Part shown: in pieces, positions 61,070 to 64,000 of the stretch
Numbering within the stretch: position 1 is the stretch's first letter
Layout: the number at the start of each line of letters is the position of its first letter
NCBI GenBank assembly: GCA_963749495.1
Contig: CAVVMW010000008.1
Span: 192,001-256,000 of the forward strand
Source of the DNA: an uncultured bacterium
Lineage (GTDB): Bacteria; Verrucomicrobiota; Verrucomicrobiia; Limisphaerales; UBA8199
Reading direction: 5' to 3'
DNA length: 64,000 bases
Program-made: the position numbers and the translations under genes
Notes under the pieces: generated by a model
Told to the model about the DNA's origin: nothing
What the model saw: the letters and a program-made list of their open reading frames with translations, nothing else
Database searches by the model: none

Positions 61070-62056
61070 ATGGACAACCCGGAATCCAAGCCCAATCAAC
61101 CCGTGGCGCCGGCGTCCTCGCCCGCGCGTTCCCCGCAGGGCGTGGCGCCGCCATCTCTGCCTGGGCTTGCGCCGGGCACCCCTGCCCCTTGCCCTGCCTG
61201 CAATGGAGAAAGCAGCCGCGGTGAGGGCAAGGGCCTGGGACAGAAACTGTCGCGGAGCCGGCCCTGGGTGCAGGCGGGGTTCTTGGGTCTGTGGCTGGCG
61301 CCAGTCGGCCAATTCTTGCACGGCATACCGGGTTGCGTGTTCCACTGCTACTCGTGCCCGCTCTCGTCGTTCGCCTGCCCGGTGGGCGTGCTGGCCCAAT
61401 ACGCTGCCCTCTTTCCGCTGGTCTATGAAGTGCCCTTCCTGCTCCTGGGGATTTTGCTGGTCGTGGGAGCCGCCGGCGGGTCTCTCGTCTGCGGGTGGGC
61501 CTGCCCGTTCGGGTTTCTCCAGGACCTCCTGGGCAAGGTCACGCCCCGCAAGCTGACGCTGCCCGCCTGGACCGGCTACACCCGCTATGTCGTCCTGGTT
61601 GGGCTGGTGATCTTATTGCCCCTCATCCTCGGCGCCGGGGGGATACGCTTCGATGACCAGGCAGTCTCGATCTGCCGGCTCTGCCCGGCGGGCGCGCTCG
61701 AGGCGGGCTTGCCGTACTCGGTCCAAAGCCTTCTCACCGGCCACGGCTGGCTGATGGGCGGATTCAAGTGCGCGCTGCTGCTGGCCTTTGTGGCGGCGGC
61801 CCTCTTCATTCACCGTCCCTGGTGCCGGCTCTTGTGCCCGCTGGGCGGGCTGCTGGCCCTGTTCAACCGGGTGAGCCTGTTTCATCTCCGGTTCAATCCC
61901 AAGGAGTGCATCGAGTGCAACCTCTGCCGCAGCCGCTGCTCGATGGGCGTGAAGGTGGACCAAAAGGTCAACGTCGCCGGCTGCACCCGTTGCCTGGAGT
62001 GTACCACCTGCGGCGCCATCCAGCCCCGCTTCGCCTGGCCCAAGCGCGAGCGATGA
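61070..62056 (+). CDS. 4Fe-4S-binding membrane protein (NapH/MauN-like)
   Basis: CYSCP, CGWACPFG, CRLLCPLG, CIECNLCRSRC, CTRCLEC. Confidence 0.9.
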   Translation: MDNPESKPNQPVAPASSPARSPQGVAPPSLPGLAPGTPAPCPACNGESSRGEGKGLGQKLSRSRPWVQAGFLGLWLAPVGQFLHGIPGCVFHCYSCPLSSFACPVGVLAQYAALFPLVYEVPFLLLGILLVVGAAGGSLVCGWACPFGFLQDLLGKVTPRKLTLPAWTGYTRYVVLVGLVILLPLILGAGGIRFDDQAVSICRLCPAGALEAGLPYSVQSLLTGHGWLMGGFKCALLLAFVAAALFIHRPWCRLLCPLGGLLALFNRVSLFHLRFNPKECIECNLCRSRCSMGVKVDQKVNVAGCTRCLECTTCGAIQPRFAWPKRER

Positions 62057-62156
62057 GAAACGGGTTGCGAGCCAAAAAAAACAACCACGTCCTGGAGATC
62101 CTTCACGATTTTTGACATCGTGCATGGGGACCGTGAACCGGGCGGGCGTCGCCCAA

Positions 62157-62246
62157 CGCGAAGCGTTTTGGACTGCGGCAGTCCTCTGCCGCTTTTTGGA
62201 GCCTGGGGACACGAAATCGCCAGAGGACTGGCGCAGTCCAAAACCT
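62157..62246. repeat. REP-like palindrome, family R (copy 4)
   Basis: Near-identical to 39967-40066. Confidence 0.92.
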
Positions 62247-62257
62247 CCGGGCCTGGG

Positions 62258-63490
62258 ATGAACACATCGAGTCCCCCAAAAGAGCCGCGCCTGCGGTTGC
62301 GGGTGAGCGCGGCGGCCCAAGCCGCCTTGCGCGCCGGCCACCCGTGGGTCTTCGCCGAGGGTGTCCGCCGGCAAAACCGCCCCGGGCAGCCGGGCGAATT
62401 GGCGGTGATCTACGATCGCCAGGACCGGTTCCTGGCGGCCGGGTTATTCGACCCGGACTCGCCGATTCGGGTGCGCGTGCTCCAGGCCGGAACGCCGCAG
62501 GCCATTGACGCCCCCTGGTGGGCGCGGCGGTTCGACCAGGCGCTGGGACGGCGCCGCGGCCTCTTCGATGAGCGGACCACCGGCTATCGCTGTGCCCACG
62601 GCGAGAGCGACGGCTGGCCGGGCCTGGTCCTGGACCGCTACGACACGACGCTCGTCCTGAAACTCTACACCGCCGCGTGGTTGCCGCGCCTGGAGGAGAT
62701 TGCCGCGCTCATCCAGGAACGGCTGCGCCCCAAACCGGGGCGAATCGTCCTGCGCCTGAGCCGCAACCTCCAGAGGAGCCCCTCCGAGCAATTCTCCAGG
62801 CAGGACGGCGCGGTGTTGCGCGGGGCGCCGCTCACGGGTCCTGTGTTGTTCCGGGAAAGCGGCTTGCGCTTCGAGGCCGACGTGGCGCGCGGCCAGAAGA
62901 CCGGTTTTTTCCTGGACCAACGCGAGAACCGGCGCCGTGTGGAGGCCCTCGCGCACGGACGCACGGTGCTCAATGCCTTCAGCTTTTCGGGCGCTTTCTC
63001 GCTCTATGCCGCTCGCGGCGGGGCGCGGCGCGTGACCGACCTGGACCTGAGCGCGCACGCCCTGGAGAGCGCGCGTCGCAATTTCGCGCTCAACCAAGCG
63101 GACAGGGCAGTGGCCTCGTGCGCCTATGAACAGGTCCAGGCCGAGGCCTTCGAATGGCTGGGCGGCAACGCCGCGCGCCGCTTCGACCTGGTCATCCTGG
63201 ATCCACCCTCGCTGGCCAAACGCCAAAGCGAACGGGCCGGCGCCCTCCGCGCCTACGAACGCCTGGCGGCCTTGGGTCTGGCCCGGCTTGCGCCGGGCGG
63301 CATCCTCGTGGCCTGTTCCTGTTCGGCCCACGTATCCGCCCAGGAGTTCTTCGGGGCAGTGCGCAAGGCGGCCGCCCGCTCCGGGCGCGCCACCAGGGAA
63401 TTGGAGACCACCGGGCATCCGCCCGATCACCCTGCGGCGTTCAAGGAGGCCCACTATTTGAAGGCAATCTTTCTAAAGGCTAAAGGCTAA
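62258..63490 (+). CDS. RlmI/RlmK-like class I SAM-dependent rRNA methyltransferase
   Basis: GHPWVF (PUA), [25 protein letters not shown]. Confidence 0.9.
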   Translation: MNTSSPPKEPRLRLRVSAAAQAALRAGHPWVFAEGVRRQNRPGQPGELAVIYDRQDRFLAAGLFDPDSPIRVRVLQAGTPQAIDAPWWARRFDQALGRRRGLFDERTTGYRCAHGESDGWPGLVLDRYDTTLVLKLYTAAWLPRLEEIAALIQERLRPKPGRIVLRLSRNLQRSPSEQFSRQDGAVLRGAPLTGPVLFRESGLRFEADVARGQKTGFFLDQRENRRRVEALAHGRTVLNAFSFSGAFSLYAARGGARRVTDLDLSAHALESARRNFALNQADRAVASCAYEQVQAEAFEWLGGNAARRFDLVILDPPSLAKRQSERAGALRAYERLAALGLARLAPGGILVACSCSAHVSAQEFFGAVRKAAARSGRATRELETTGHPPDHPAAFKEAHYLKAIFLKAKG

Positions 63491-63579
63491 AGGCTAAAGG
63501 CTAAAGTTCAGAGAGGCGGATCGGTCCTTGATCTCTGATGTCTGCACTTTAGCCTTTAGCCTTTAGCCTTTAGCCTTTA
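63474..63579. repeat. Inverted heptamer pair (AAAGGCT)n ... (AGCCTTT)n
   Basis: The left arm supplies the MTase stop (..LKAKG*); the right arm abuts the YbhB stop. Confidence 0.95.
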
Positions 63580-64000
63580 CCTTCGCTGGTATGTCCCCAT
63601 CAACTGCGCCTCGGCCAGGATGTGTTTGGCCATGGCGCGCTCAACGTCCTTTTTGGCAGCGCCGGGCTTGAGTTCGAGGGGTTTGTCCAGGGCGTAAAGC
63701 TTGAAGAAGTAGCGGTGCGGTTTGCCGGGCGGGGGGCAAGGGCCGCCGTAGCCCAGCTTATGGAAATCATTAAGACCCTGCCTGCCGCCGCCCGGGAGGG
63801 TCTGCGTCTTGGGCGCGTCTTCGGCCAACTCGGTGATGCCCGGCGGCAGGTCGTAGAGCACCCAATGCACCCAGGTGCCAACCGGGGCATCCGGGTCGTC
63901 CGCAATCAAGGCCAGGCTCTTGGCGGCGGCCGGCACGCCGCCCCATTGGAGCGGCGGAGAGACGTCCTTGCCCTCGCAGGTGTGTTTGGCTGGAATCGGC
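63577..64000 (-). CDS. YbhB/YbcL (PEBP) family protein, 5' end outside the window
   Basis: DVSPPL.W, DDPDAP, HW, YGGPCPP, HRY. Confidence 0.93.
   Translation of the reverse strand, partial: PIPAKHTCEGKDVSPPLQWGGVPAAAKSLALIADDPDAPVGTWVHWVLYDLPPGITELAEDAPKTQTLPGGGRQGLNDFHKLGYGGPCPPPGKPHRYFFKLYALDKPLELKPGAAKKDVERAMAKHILAEAQLMGTYQRR

Noticed and set aside
3706..62257. N-terminal extensions in the ORF track (3867, 8327, 14173, 25878, 39904, 62120)
   Set aside because: They are translations of intergenic repeat elements; downstream starts fit the protein families better.
14100..63579. Repeat arrays as CRISPR
   Set aside because: Units are 7-12 bp contiguous tandem repeats with no repeat-spacer alternation, and no cas genes are present.
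1..64000. Prophage, integron or autonomous IS
   Set aside because: No integrase, transposase, reverse transcriptase or phage structural genes were recognised.

Overview
GC-rich bacterial chromosomal window, most consistent with Verrucomicrobiota (Pedosphaera/Limisphaera-like). This assignment is an inference from gene content: PQQ-repeat protein, prepilin/H-X9-DG protein, CE15-like esterase and a giant S8 protease with a C-terminal 'FYRL' tail. The backbone is housekeeping: argJ, rpmH-rnpA-yidD-yidC-jag, uvrC, paaK, amidase, gltA-sucC-sucD, miaB, copA, ECF sigma module, recF, M42 peptidase, U32 family protein and an RlmI-like methyltransferase. Accessory pieces: (i) a left-edge, ATGA-coupled candidate defence operon (Pol-beta nucleotidyltransferase, metallophosphoesterase, exonuclease-like/DpnII-MboI-type nuclease fusion); (ii) a type II R-M pair; (iii) four toxin-antitoxin-like pairs and two internally deleted remnants. 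The most unusual signal is non-coding: a dense system of paired, inverted 7-bp tandem arrays from at least seven related heptamer families, plus 9-mer, 12-mer and REP-like palindromes. The arrays have fixed polarity, keep the 7-bp phase while the unit sequence drifts, often start at or supply stop codons, and sit in-frame inside uvrC, copA and the U32 gene. About eleven single-base frameshifts in conserved genes most likely reflect long-read assembly error. All calls come from reading motifs; no database search was run.
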